Notes under the pieces: generated by a model
The model's database searches: none
What the model was told of the DNA's origin: nothing
Seen by the model: only the letters and a program-made list of their open reading frames with translations
Assembly (NCBI GenBank): GCA_030265395.1
Contig: JARFYF010000055.1
Location: forward strand, 20,338,896 to 20,402,895
Reading direction: 5' to 3'
Length of the DNA stretch: 64,000 nucleotides
Source of the DNA: Rhina ancylostomus
Taxonomy: Eukaryota
Made by a program: the position numbers and the translations under genes
Shown: one piece after another, positions 1 to 14,061 of the stretch
How the letters are laid out: each line of letters begins with the position of its first letter
Position numbering within the stretch: the first letter of the stretch is position 1

Positions 1-3000
1 TGCCAACTATACTTTTTGCAGCTTTCCCTATCAGCAGCAATATTAAAAGTGCAGCCAGGGCCAAGTCTCGAATTCTGCCTTTCATGTTGTTTAATTTAAC
101 TGTCAAATTCCATTCCAAATTATTTTGGTACCTTCTACACAGGATGATCACATTATAGGGTTGCCTCTGCCAATGTTTTTGCATCTTTAATCAATCTTAA
201 AAAGGTGGCATAAATCACTTACCCACTGACTTAACACATTTGCCAGTCTTTGTTTATGTATCACACTACATTTCATGATGTTGTGATGTTTCATTCATCT
301 TTAGCTCCTTATAATATACTGTACCACTTGAACTCTGTACTTTACACTCTGTGATATTTTGTTATCCACTTTGAAGTGATTTTTTTTGAGATCTTAAGAC
401 AATTTCTTTCACAGGCAAGTTTAATATATGAAAGAGTTGTAATTTTATTGACATCTGTAAAAGCAGTACCCTTTTGGGCTTTAGTTAAATTTTCTTCTCA
501 AGTAATTTTGCTTTCAAAGAATATGGAGCATTATGGTGTTTGAATAGTTCAAGATTATTTGGCACTATGCTGAAATGTATTCTCACAGACTTTTTTTACA
601 GGTAATCTGTACCATGCTTCTATATTTGAACTTTTAATGTCCATGAATAAATATGACTATTATGGAGCAATATTACTATAGGCTGCTGGATATTCTGAAA
701 TTGTTCAGGGGGATTTTCAAGATAGAAGTTGGAGATTAAGTATTAAATGCCTGGGAAGCTTTGGTACCCACGTAATTTTTGATTCTGTAATGAATTGCCA
801 AGCTAGTAGGTTGTTCAGAAAAATGTACAATCTAATGGTTACTGTCCACCACTGTAGGCAAAAATGAGCAATGCTTTTGGCAGCCAGTGAAATTGTTAGA
901 ATATATTTGGCACTTAGAAACACCTGTTATTTCTGAGAGTTTTTGGAATGTGCTGTTTATAGATTTTTATCCTTGAAGCAACTAATATTAAATTTGAGCT
1001 TGCCTTTTAAATGTATTTATTTTGAATTCTGGTGCTTTAAATTCTTGTGCTACTTACTGCTGCAGCAGAAGCTGAGGGGTGGCATAGTAATGGGAATTGA
1101 AGAATTAAGCGGGGAAGTAGCACCTCACTGCCAAATTTATATTGCTGATTAGATAAATCAGAATTATTTTCATTTCAAATAGTATGAATGACCTATATGG
1201 TGTAAATGGAAGAAAGCATTGAAGCTTCTGCAAGGACCTCCATTGTTTTGAAAGACTCCAAAATATTTTACTTGAGCTCTTCAAAAGACATGTTCAGATA
1301 TACCATAAAATTGTTTTAAACTATAGAATTTTTATAGGAGATTAAAATTTTTCCTGGCATTGAAACAACTGATTTTGCAAAGCTTAAGAGTTTCGTGTTA
1401 AAGTTTAATTCTGAAACTTAAAATCAGTACATTGCATTCCTTTAATGATTGGCCAACTTTTGCCATTATATCCTAATTAACATGTTTCAGCTTATTCATT
1501 CATGGCAACAAATTTAGTCTTTTACCTCTACTCTGAAACAAAATACATTAAAATGGTCATTTAAGTCATTTTGTTTTTGGAGAATGCTGCTGAAATTAAT
1601 TCTTTTGCTGTATACAGGGAGTAATAATGTGTCAGGATTTCAAGACGCCTGTAATCCATAGTATATAGGAAATCATTATAACCATTTTAATTAAATGCTG
1701 GTGCAAGGATGTGTAATGGGAGGAACTGTCACGCTGTACTAAATAGTGTGCTTTAATGCTGTATGTGTATTCATTAGACATTTGATTAGTAATTATTGTA
1801 AAGATAGTGAACATGTTAATAAAGTAGGCCAAATTGTGTATGACACTACATGAATTTGTGTTCCCTGGCCCACTTAAACCCTGTGGGTCCAATGAATTGG
1901 AGGCCTCATTCCCAATGTGGTTCCAAAATGCAGTGCAGTCTGCAGTAATCGTCAAGGCCTTGTCAGGCCTACCCCCAGACTACTCTGGTCTTTAAATGGC
2001 TCATTGTTAAGGGTGTTTTCAACTGCCTCTAATTGGAAGTATTTAAAAACAGTTAAAGTGAGTTAATTAAAATAACCTTCAATTAAAACACATAAATGAT
2101 GTAACTTGTTTAAAAACATTAAATATAATTAAAATGAAAAAATATTTCACTTGGCTTTTCCATTCAAGTCAGTGACCCCATTCTTATGAGTGGACTCGCA
2201 CTAGATGTGCCAGCCTTGGCTGGCATAAAGCCAAGGATCCAGATGCAAAGTACATCTGGTCTCGATGCCCAGCAAGTTTGAGTTCTGCCCTTGGATTCAG
2301 CTCTGTCTCAAGCGGCAAAGCAGGAAGTAGATTGTGGCAGCATCTGACCTCCAGCACGTTCCATACTTTAGCGTTGCATGCAGCTGCAGAAGTCTGACCT
2401 ATGTAAAGCCCTCGGCTGGCAGTTATCTACGCAACAATTGGCTGAAGAGCCTGATCCAGGACAATGTAGTTTTTTCCCTAATTTATTCACCAGAATGTTT
2501 GTAGATTAAATCCTGTGTAAATCCTAGAATGTCAGATTTGTTCCTCTGCTTCATAAGTATTCAATATTTAAATATCTGCATCCAAAGCACAGCATTTCAA
2601 AAATCAGACCTGTCTCTAAGTATCATTAAACAATTTCTTGAAGTGTTCTCAGTAGTGATGATGAGCATAATTGAAAATCTGCTCTTATTAATTTTTAAAC
2701 CTCTCCCAGAATATTCAAGTTCAACAAATCTATTTTGAAAGCTGCCTCATGTTTACTGCAATAAAGGTGGAGTTCTGTGACCCATATGGTGTTCTTTTAG
2801 AACAATCTAGGCCAGTGCTGCTTTGCACTTAATTGTTTAGGTGTAACAGGCAGCTAACTACAATTCCGGGGGGAAATGCTAATTCACTTACAGGAATAGT
2901 AACCAATAATGTCTTTACTTCATTCAAATTTGTGTTCTTTTTAAACTGTGAATGGCTAATTCTCCAACAATTTGCAAAAATGTATTTGAACTGAGGGGCA

Positions 3001-3156
3001 TGTTTTTTTTTCCCCTTCTCTTCTCCCCCCCCCCCCCCAATGCCTGCAGTCTAATANNNNNNNNNNNNNNNNNNNNNNNNNNNNNNNNNNNNNNNNNNNN
3101 NNNNNNNNNNNNNNNNNNNNNNNNNNNNNNNNNNNNNNNNNNNNNNNNNNNNNNNN

Positions 3157-4050
3157 TATTTCTATCCTCTTTGCAGTCCACAACACTACCCAATTCTGCA
3201 TTGTGTGTAGATTCAGAAACTGTTACTGGCACATCAATATAGATCAAAGAAAGCAAAGACCCTGACGAATGTTACTATTCACCTTCATCCAGTCTGGAAA
3301 AACACCATTCACCATGACAGAGTATTATCCAATTCTGAGCCAATTTTGTATCCGTACTGTCAGTCCCTTTATGCCACATGCTTCAACTTTGCTGATAAAC
3401 CTGTTATGCACTCTTATTGAAAGCCCATGTACATCGCATTAACTACATTACTCTCATCGACTCCATCCATTGCCTCATCAAAATATTCTAACAAATTGGT
3501 TAAACATGATTAGTCCTTAACAAATCCAAGTTGGCATGCTTTAATCCATTTTCCTCCAGACTACTATTTGCGCTGTCCCTGATCAATGTTTCTCAAAGTT
3601 TTCCCACCACAGAGAGCGAACTGTCTCACCTGAAGCTGCTGGGTTTATATTTACTCCTTTTTGTTTGGTCAAGCAAATAACTTTCAATATTCACCAGTCT
3701 TCTGGGACCACCTACGATTTCCTCCCATACTGCCCTCAAAATCCTAGGATGTATCCCATATGGGTTTGGTGACTTACCTACTTTGGTTCAGCCAACTTTT
3801 CTGAAACTTCTGTGCTATGAATTTTTTTTAATATATCTAGTGTCTCAGCTGTCTACTCCTTTACTATTACTTTGGAAGCACACTGTTTCCTGGTGAAGAC
3901 AGATGCAAAGTACCCATTTAACACATTATCAGTGCCCTCAGCATCAATGTGCAAGCTTTCATTTTTGCCTTTAATTGGACCACGCCTCCATGTGCTACCT
4001 TTTTACTGTTAATATGCCTAATGGACACTTTTGGATTCCCATTTATGACC
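3157..4050 (-). mobile_element. Degenerate CR1-type LINE fragment
   Basis: Reverse-complement matches to CR1 RT region motifs (e.g. ggatttgttaagg, HGFVK-like; cagcttcaggtgagacagttcgc). Heavily decayed; boundaries approximate. Confidence 0.55.
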
Positions 4051-5537
4051 TAACTCTGAATTATTTTGAACCTCTGCTCCAAGGATGAAAATGATGGAAC
4101 CACCGACTGTCCAAGAAAAGCAGCCAAAACTGCTATCCTTCTTGCCAAAGGAGAATTGCAGAGGGACTGCAAAATTACAATGCACATGAAATGAATGAGA
4201 ATGTTCAGAAAATCTCTTAATTCATTGGGTAACTGCCTGCATTATAGCACGTACTCCTGATAAAAACAACCCAAAATGATATCCTCCAAGATAAGGGCTT
4301 TGCAGGAGAATGCCAGCACTTCACTTTGTCCTTCAATAATCTTTAATCAGTGAGCTTTTCAGAGTCAACAAAAAGATTAATTTCTAATGATGATACAGCA
4401 GTAGAATCATCACAGAAATAGCAGCATTTGATATATGGCTCTCAATACAGCCCATTAAAAAAACTTACAATTTTAAAGACTTAATAATTTACAAGGATTC
4501 AGACATATAATGAAACATATTCTGTGCTTAAATTCTCTGTAGGATCTCAAAGGAATTGCTTCAGGCAATCCTAAACTGTTTGCAGATTTGCACATTAACA
4601 GAATAAAATCTTTATGCCTTGTGCATATTAACTTTATTTGTGGCTTTATTTACAACAGTGGGCGTAACTGATCAAGGCTCTACACAGCTGTGATATTAAT
4701 TACCATATGCCAGCTATGAATCACATCAGCTGGGGTACTTTACAACATTGCTGTTTAATTTGAGTGAGCAGTCAGGGAGAGGATTGGAGTCAATATCCAG
4801 GGAATGGACTTTCTTTTAAGTTCTCCAAATGAAAGCTTCAGCCTGACATTCAGCTGAAGGGCATCATGATTAACTCATGACATTGGATATTAATCCCAAG
4901 GCAAAATATTGCTGATGCTGGAAATCCAAAATAAAAACATCCTTAGTAGGTCAAGCCACATATGTGGACAGAAGAACAGTTGACTTCAGGCTGATGACCT
5001 TTTATTGGGTCAGGCATAATGGACAGCACAGGGATTAAAAGAAGTGAAAGAAACCTGCACGATGATATAAATCACAAATACCGATGTTTTGGTCCAGAAT
5101 TGAGTCAGAATGAACTTGGACTAATTTCGAGCATGTCAAACTGAGGAGTATTTCCCAATTTTTAAATTGGCATATCTTTCACTGATGTAATAAACAGAAA
5201 ACAGTACTTTGTGTGACTGGTTTAAAGTAACCTATTCTATGATTGCATATGTACAGAATTTGGGAGGCATTTTGATAAAGGAAAAGTGTTCATTGATTTT
5301 GTGTTGTTTTGGTGGCTTCACTGAAGAAAAGGAGAAACATCTCAATCCTGGTCATGTTTTAGTGAAATGGGCACATACAAGATTTCTTACACTCCATTTG
5401 GGTTGATAAATAATTTGAAAAGTGATGGCAACAATTAGATTACATTGACCAAGAATGAAAGGGAGAGAAGAAACAATCACAATACCACAGAGACACAAGA
5501 CCTTGTATTCCTTGAAATGCTCTTGCTTTATTGGTCT

Positions 5538-6729
5538 ATCAGAATCAGATTTATTATCACTGACATATGACGTGAAATTTGTTGTTTTGCAGCAGCAGTA
5601 CAGTAATAGTGCAACGAAAAAAGAAACAACAAGGCAGTGTTCATGGATCATTCAGAAATCTGATGGTGGAGGGGAAGAAGCTATTTGGGTATTCAGGCTC
5701 CTGTACCTCCTCCCTGATGGTAGTAATAAGAGGCCATGTCCCCAATGGTGAGGGTTCTTAATGAAAGAGGCTATCTTCTTGAGGCACCGCCTCTTGAAGA
5801 TGTCGATGGTGGGGAGGGTTGTGTCTGTGATGGAGCTGGCTGAGTCTATAACCCTCTGCAGCCTCTTGCAATTCTGTGCATTAGAGGCTCCATACCAGGC
5901 TGTGATGCAGCTGGTCAGGATGCTCTCCACCATACACCTATAGAAATTTGTAAGAATCTTTAGTGAATTACCAAATCTCCTCAAACTCCTAATGAAGGCG
6001 GCACACCAGTGGCTCTACTTTGTAATTGCATCGTTGTGTTGGGTCCAGGATAGATCCTCTGAGATTTGATGCCCAGGAACTTTAAGCTGCTCATCTTTCT
6101 ACCAATGACCCCTCAATAAGGGCTGGTGCGTGTTCTCCCAGCTTCCGCTTCCTGAAGTCCACAATCGGTTCCTTAGTCTTGCTGACATTGCATGCGAGGC
6201 TGTTGTTTCGACACCACTCAACCAGCCGATCTATCTCACTCCTGTACACCTCCTCATCGCCATGAAATTCTACCAACAACAGTGGTGTCATCAGTGAATT
6301 TATAGATGGTGTTTGAACCATGCTTAACCACACAGTCATCAGTGTAGAGAGAGTAGAGCAGTGGGTAAGCACACATCCTTGAGATGCGCCTGTTTTGATA
6401 GTCAGCGAGGAGATGTTATTACTGATCTGCACTGACCGTGGTCTCCCGAGAAGGAAGTCAAGAATCCAGTTGCAGATGGAGGAACAGATGCCCAGGTTTT
6501 GAAGCTTGCTTGGAATGGTAGTGTTGAACACTGAGCCGTAATCAATAAACAGCAGTATGTCTTGCAGTTGTCTAGGTACTCCAAAGCAAATTAGAGAGCC
6601 AATGAGATTGCGTCTGCTGTCGTCGTGTTGTAGTGGTAGGCAAAATACAGTGGGTCCAGGCCCTTGCTGAGGCAGCAATTAATTCTAGCCATAACCAATC
6701 TCTCGAAGCATTTCGTCACAGTAGATGTG
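5538..6729 (-). mobile_element. 5'-truncated Rex1/Babar-type non-LTR retrotransposon
   Basis: Broken ORFs [64 protein letters not shown] and FYRCMVESILTSCITAWYG. 3' tail with AATAAA and a (CTGATT)-like repeat at about 5538-5555. Confidence 0.85.
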
Positions 6730-9700
6730 TTGTGATGGACCAGAAGTGCAAAGGAAACTTTTTCCAATGAGGGTTTTCAACAAGGTTTATTCCAATGAGA
6801 TTACAATCAAGGAATAGAAACACTGAAGGGAATTCCTGGTCACATTACATTTACACCAAGATTCTGTCTTCTTGACACTCCCCTCACCAATTAATCTGAA
6901 TAAGCCTGCAAGTTACTTCCAGGCACTTTACATTCTGGGCCCCCCCCCCCACTGCCTGCAGTCTAATAATGTGATTTAGAATCTTTGTTGCCTTTTCTCT
7001 AGTTTGTGGTAGTGATGAGGCTAAGGGATGGTGGGGAGAGGTAAAAATATTTTTCTTCCAAAGCTGCTGCATTACTTTTTTTGTTAGAAATTGTGATTTG
7101 GTTCCTATTGTAGAAAATATATTGCACCAATCTTGTTTACTGTTTACAAATATTGATTCTTATGCCTCATTTTGTCACAATGTGCACAGACTCACAAGAA
7201 AGACAGCTTTGGAACTGGAGTGTGGAGGCAGAGAACAACTGACTGCTGTTATCAGCACATTCAGCTCTACTGGTTAAGGACTAACTTCTAGGCATTATAT
7301 CTGCAGGTCATTTCCATGTATGTCACCATGTGAAATTTCATTGTAGCTTTATGGTTTTGAGGGAGGAATATTTTATTGTAACAATTCCATCGCCTGTAAT
7401 TTACACCAAGATTCCTGCTGCTGCTAGTTGCCCACCCACTGAACTAGCTCTTGGCCTGGAGTGGATTCCCTGGCACAAACATCCACAAACTTCCAAGATG
7501 CTGAGTTCATTGGTGAGGATCTCCACAGTGCAAGACATTTGCAATCATGAAAAGCAAGCCCTGCCTCAGAACGACTTTGATGGCTTGTTAAGACACCTTG
7601 CCAGGCTTATTAATTGTTAAAGACAATGAATGTTTGTAAATGTCTCTGACATTCACAGGCATTCAAAAACTATTAAAAATTATTGTATTACATTCCTTTA
7701 AATTTAAAAACAATTAAATCACTTAAATATTTAAAATACTAAGAGGCAGTTAAATACTTAAATAAATTAAGTGAGAAGTAAAATAACTTTATACTTGCCT
7801 TTGTCCTCGTGGCTGTTCTTCTCTATTCAAATGAATTTGCTTTTCCTACACCAGATCTAAACTGACCCACCTTGAGTGGAAGTTCACGCTTCACTACTGG
7901 ATTCATGAGGAGCAGTTGTTTGAGGGCAATTGGAAAATCTGCAGTGGTCTGTGCAGGGACTTGCATATTTGCACAAGTGTTACAAACCTCTGCACTGCAA
8001 CAGAGGAAAATGCCAATTGGGTCAATATAATTTGTGAGTTATGAAATTGCAGTTTTCTATTTCAAGACCCTGTTCTAGTGACACTTTAAAGATTTGTTTT
8101 CTCTCAAACAAATACAGGAAACTTTGCTATGTTACTGTCTTTCAAACAGAGGTGATGAAGGAATTAGTATGGTCTTGAATGATGTAAAAGCTATTTATAT
8201 TTAGCTAATAAAGTGTAGCATGCATGTCTTTTGTCATTCTCTTGTCTCATAATCCTCAATGAAAGCAAAACACATCTGTTGCTTGCTGCTTATTAACCTG
8301 GGCCATGGGGTTCAAATCATCTTGACTGTTATGTCTGCACATACCTCTCCAGGTTGGCAACCTTGTATATCCTGTTCAAGTGTACCAAAGAATAGGCTTC
8401 TTCACATGTAGCATGGGGTTAAGTTGACTGTTTCCAAGGGGTGTCTGGAGTAGAGCTAATTATTTTTCCCTGAACCAAAGCAATTTCAATTGGTGATGCA
8501 GACATTGGAGAAAAATTGTATGTGAATCTAAATTCAACAAAAAGAGCTTGAACTCTGCTGGTAGCTTCAGCATGCACGTAAGTTGTGGTATGGCACTGAG
8601 CCCCACGGGAGTTTCCTCATTAGGAATGGGGGGGGAATCTGACAAAACGCAAAAGAGAATTTGATTATCATCAAGTAGTGTTGGTACCTGAGCCACTTCA
8701 AACAAAACTGACATGCAGAAGATTTTAATACTGTATAAATTATCTCTGAAGGTAAAATGGCAGCTTTGTGTTTTATTCCTGAAATTCCAACCCATGATTA
8801 GATTTATTATAACAAAAGCAGAAACTAAAGATGTAATGTGACTTGGTTTTATTTTGAAGTTACATAGCCATTCTAGATAAGTTGGGGTAAATTGGTGTTT
8901 ATTTGGAATGGATTGCTGTGATTGGTCAAAAAAAAATTAGTCAGTGAAACTTCCTTCATCAGTATTTTATTCCTCAAATTGTGCCGGCTGTTGGTGCAAG
9001 CTTCTAAAGATTTAATTATGGCTGCTGGGGGTTGGAAGAGGTCCAATATGAGATTAACGCTCCTGCTCCACCGCTCGGTGGGATACTTCCTTGCTCTCTG
9101 CCCGAACTGTTAGCTTGTTTCACCAGATGTCGCAGAGAAACCCATCAATAGTGTGCCTCTTATCTTGTTTGTTTCTTAATTTTTTTTATTAAACTGTTAG
9201 CTCAGTTGTCACGCCTTTTGCTATTTCAGTTTCCTCACTAACTTTCAATAATTCACTTAATCAAACAAATCTTTTTGTTTTGAGTACTGAATACCTTTGG
9301 TGACTGTTCAATTTTTCTTATATATTAAAGCTGGCTTTAGCTGATTGTATATGCTTAAAATTGATACATTGATCATGTATTGTGATTTGGATATGACAGC
9401 AGCTGTTTCCATCTTTGCTTGAGATATAATTGATGGTGTTTTCAACCTCCACGGTTAATTTGTTAACCATCATTCACTTAACTTCTCTTGTTTATTTTCC
9501 TGTGCTGCTCCTATTTCTTTAGATGCTTGAATTTAATATAATCTCTTAATTGGCAGGAAATTCTTTATTCTCAGTATTCAGCATCAGGGAGTTGCTGTCT
9601 AATTTTAATTAACACGGAGAATTATTTTAGAATGATGGAAAATTAATACAAACAGGATCTCTGGATTTTTTTTTTGTAAATAGTACTTTAGAACTGCTGT

Positions 9701-9864
9701 AAAGTCTGTGAAGCCACCCATAAGATGCGTGCAGTAGCTATTTTATGAAAATCATTCAGTGATACATTTTTGGATGCATGAGGGAAATGTTTTGTCATAG
9801 ATCTGCATTAGTTATTCTGCCCGTTTGATCTATTAAGATTTTGGGGCTTGCACAGCCTGTGGAG

Positions 9865-9906
9865 CTGTGAATTGTACCCAATGTATACATCGGGTACAAT
9901 TCACAG
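9865..9906. repeat. 42-bp near-perfect palindrome
   Basis: ctgtgaattgtacccAatgta|tacatCgggtacaattcacag: 20 of 21 pairs complementary, no spacer. Confidence 0.9.
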
Positions 9907-10089
9907 TACATGATGTAATGCAGTACACAATTTGCAGTACATGGTGTATTCAGCAAACCCCTTCTTACTCCACTCTTAAGTTGTAATTATGATTTTCCAC
10001 AAAATACACATTGTTCTGTTGCATCACTTACCTCATAACCTTTATCCCTGTTTACTAGCAACTTTGCTTTACTCAGTATCAAAAATTTC

Positions 10090-10430
10090 ATGGCAGAGGA
10101 AAAAGTTATTCAGCTCATGTCTGTGCTAGTTGAAAAAACTACCCAACCTAATGCCCCCTTCCAGCACTAGCTCCACAATCACAAATCCATTTACCTTTTC
10201 AAGTGTGGCTTGAATATGATGAGTTTCTATTTCTGCCACCATTTAAGGCAGTGAGTTTGAGATCCCAATCATCCCTGGGTGGAGAAAAAAAGTTTTGCTC
10301 ATCTCCACTCTGATCCTCCTGCCATTTACTTTAAATCTCTACCCCTAGTTTGGGCACCTGTGCTAAGGGAAATGGATCTTTCCTATTTACTCTTTTTAGG
10401 CCACTTGTAATTTTATATATTTCAGGTCAG
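10090..10430 (-). mobile_element. Degenerate CR1 LINE 3' end
   Basis: Resembles reverse CR1 3' region (ggcagtgagtttgagatcccaatcatccctgggtggagaaa...tttaaatctctacccctagtt). Boundaries approximate. Confidence 0.55.
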
Positions 10431-11319
10431 TCTCTACCTCATTACTCGTCCTGTTATCTACTATGAATTGTTTGTTAGCAGCTAAAGCCAGGGGAAAAAC
10501 AACACTTTGGACAAATGCAAAGTAGGTGCATGAAGGGAGTGAATTGGAAATGCATGGGATGGTTGGTTAGGTTTACTATGTACATGAACAACTGTAACGT
10601 TTATCATTTTACAAACCCTGCACTCTGGACTGCACGAGCAATATTGACTTGTAAAAAGGTGGATGTAAGAGTGAAGGTTTCTCCCCTTTCATTAAATGTT
10701 AAAGAACAGATGTAATGTACAAGTCATACTTAACCAGGTCATGGATGCAAAGCTCGAGAGCTGTAAACAGTTTTAAATGGGAGATATGTATAACCTTCAC
10801 ATTGATAGTTTTCTCAAGCTTCACCATGAATTAGACCCAGTAGAGCGGTATGGTGCCATTGAAACATTGGTAATGTAATATTTTGTACATTATGCACCCA
10901 CATCTTAAACTTTACTTCCCATTAATAATTAGCAAGAAAACAGCAATATACTTTCTGGATATTGAATCTAAGGGAAATCACAATGATTTATTTTATTCTC
11001 AATATCTGGCATAAAGGGATATTGATTTAAAATAAAAATTAGATCAAAGTTTCACGGCTGCTCAGTTAACTGCTTAGTTGCTGATACTTGGAATAGTTTA
11101 ATTCTGATCAACAATGACTGTACTTATCCAATAACTCTGCTTCCCATAATCGTTTCTTACTGTTAGATGTGCTTCTGAATATTTTCGGTTTGTCAAGAAG
11201 CCATATTAATTCTAAAATTAAAACAAATTGCCTACACTCTAATCTGGATATGAGCAATGCAGCTGGAATGTACTTAGTGCTGCTTATCACAAGCTAGTCG
11301 GTTTGCTTTTGAAAGGTGA

Positions 11320-11592
<273 letters not shown>

Positions 11593-13039
11593 TAAGCTGT
11601 TTTGCATCACAGACTTGGAAATGTTTTCTGTGCAAAAGCCTTGGTTACACCATGATGATGATGATCTGTGGTTGTATTGTTTTTCCTGCAGGCTTGCATT
11701 TTGCCATTGTCAGTCATTGATGACACTCCAATTCTGTCTTGGTCATTTAATTATGCAGATTTAGTCAATATTGACTCCTTAATTCAACAGAACGGTTGGT
11801 CCACTAATTCAATGTTTATTGGGGTTTTTTTAACTTAATCTGTTTTAGTACTTAGTAGCTGAGCAGGGTATAGTTGTTAACTTTATGCCAGTCCAAAGGT
11901 CAGTTTCCAGAAGGAAGTAAATTCTTTCCTCTAAGGCAGCCAATGTAAATTTAGTGAAGCCAGCTGTGCAAAGCTGGTAGAAATCAGTCTTTCATGTACC
12001 AGATAATTTTGAAATTAAGTTGTTTTCCTATTTATGGTAAAATGGTTAATTTGGTTAATTTTTGTGAATGCCCTGTTGGCAATTTAAGTCTTTTTATCAG
12101 CATACAGTACAATCAAAACTGAAGCTGTATAGGTACCTATCATTAAGATATGCGGAAAGATTTTATTTAGAACAGAGGAAAAGGGAAAAAAGAAATTTAA
12201 GAAGTATTCTCACCATGATTTTCTTTCTCCTTAACCCTCTTAAACACACATTATAATCCCTTCATAATTAGAATTTAATCTTGTTTTGTAAATTCCAAAG
12301 TATCTTTGGATGATCCCTCTGAAGCATTTCAAATGAAGGGGAAATAGATTTTATTTGGGATTGTACATATATAATTGAAATTATATTTACTAACAAAATA
12401 AATGAAAAGAATTCTGACCATTAAAATGAATTCTGGAATCACATGTTTCACTATTTCTGGATTTTGAACTAGCTGTGGTCATGATACTATACTCCCTCTT
12501 TTAAGGAAAGCTAGCAAGAGTTTAAAAACCTTGAATTTTTAAAACATTCAATGAATAAAATTGCTCACAATGCGTTAGGTGGAATTGTCTATATCACGGA
12601 TCCTTGTGGCAGAATAAGCACAGGTCTTTGCTCTTAGAAGTAAAAAGCACGTGTCACTTGCATTGATGAATCTAATGCTCAGCAGGAGGCCAGTGAAAGA
12701 AGTGCACTAAGTGCAGCCAGCATCTGCAGATGGAGCTCATTACACTGTTTGTAATAAATTGAATCTAAGAGGTGCCTGTCCTTTTCCCGGGTTTGGACCA
12801 GGAAAAGGAGGCGGATTCTGATGCGTTTCGATTTCCAAAAACTAATTGATTCGTTCCAGCTTGCAGTTTGAGTGGGCCTGATTCTGTTTAAAAACCCTGC
12901 TTTACATATGGACTCTGTTCAGCTGTGAGTCAGATAACTTCTGTTTTCTAGTCTGGACTTTATTTAATTTTGTAAGGGGAGGGGGTGGGGGCTTGTTTTT
13001 ATTTGAGAAGATTTCAAAATTGAAACAATATGTTTGCAG

Positions 13040-13089
13040 ATCTCACGCGCGAAGAGGCAGTGGAGCTCTTGAAGAAATGCTTGCAAGAG
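13040..13089 (+). CDS. PSMB2: PSMB2 penultimate coding exon
   Basis: tttgcag|AT CTC ACG CGC GAA GAG GCA GTG GAG CTC TTG AAG AAA TGC TTG CAA GAG|gtgag gives (D)LTREEAVELLKKCLQE. Phase matches the upstream exon (G|AT = Asp); 50 bp. Confidence 0.96.
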
Positions 13090-13729
13090 GTGAGATCCAA
13101 ATCTGAATGGAATTCTATAGGAAAATTTGTTCTTTTATAAAGACATTATTCACCTCTGGGGTTTCTGAAACTTGCTGCACATGTTTATATTTTCGCACGT
13201 TGACATCAAATGATGAGAATACAGTCTAGCCCTTGTAACTTTCTTCTCATGGTGCTCTGAACAGGTAGCATTAGGTCTGGTCAAGACAGGATTGCCTTAA
13301 AGAGCGCTTCTTAGCTTTTACTGAGTTCTGAAATTAACAACTGCTCTGGATAAACACTAGGGAGGGAACACATCCTTCATTTGTCTAAGTGCATCCTGGT
13401 ATCAATTGAGTGGGAATATAGACTCTCATGTGACCCTTTTGTCCCCATGTAATTGTAATGCTGCTTTCAAGATTTTCTGGGGAAAGAAAAAAACCTCAGT
13501 ACACAGTATGAAGGGGCAGTTCCTGTTTTAAAAACATGGTTCTTCCATACACTGGTGATATGGGGATTACCAAATGTTTATGTGCCCTGTTACTCCATTG
13601 TACCCCATCTTTCATAAATGCTCTTGGACGTTATTTCCATATTGAGCTTGTATATGATTAAAGTGCATCAGTTGACATTAATCACTAGTTGAAATTGTCA
13701 GATTCACTTGTAATTATTTTATCTTTCAG

Positions 13730-13831
13730 ATCCAGAAACGATTTATTCTGAACCTTCCCTCCTTCACTGTTCGGATCATTGATAAGGATGGTGTTCATGA
13801 TATGGCACAGATTTCTGTGTCACAAATATAA
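13730..13831 (+). CDS. PSMB2: PSMB2 last coding exon
   Basis: tctttcag|ATC CAG AAA CGA... gives [33 protein letters not shown] (TAA at 13829-13831), matching the PSMB2 C-terminus. Confidence 0.96.
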   Translation: MQKRFILNLPSFTVRIIDKDGVHDMAQISVSQI

Positions 13832-13892
13832 TTTTACTTAATTTTTTTCTTGGCTTTTTTTTACTTGTAGAAATTTATTATGTATACGAGCC

Positions 13893-13898
13893 AATAAA
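13893..13898 (+). terminator. Candidate PSMB2 polyadenylation signal
   Basis: AATAAA about 60 bp after the stop codon, followed by GT/T-rich sequence. Confidence 0.6.
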
Positions 13899-14061
13899 GC
13901 CTGAGGTTCACTAAATTGTGGAGTTTGTTTGAAAATGTGACCTCACTTATGCACAAACACATGATTTATGCACCACATTTATGTTGGTACAACATTGATT
14001 GGCCACATCAATTAGAAAAATAATTTTGCAGAAAATATGCAAAGTGAATGATTCTGAAATA

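Noticed and set aside
11650-11730. ATGATGA motifs as an intronic C/D-box snoRNA
   Set aside because: It is a (GAT)n micro-repeat, with no convincing D box or terminal stem.
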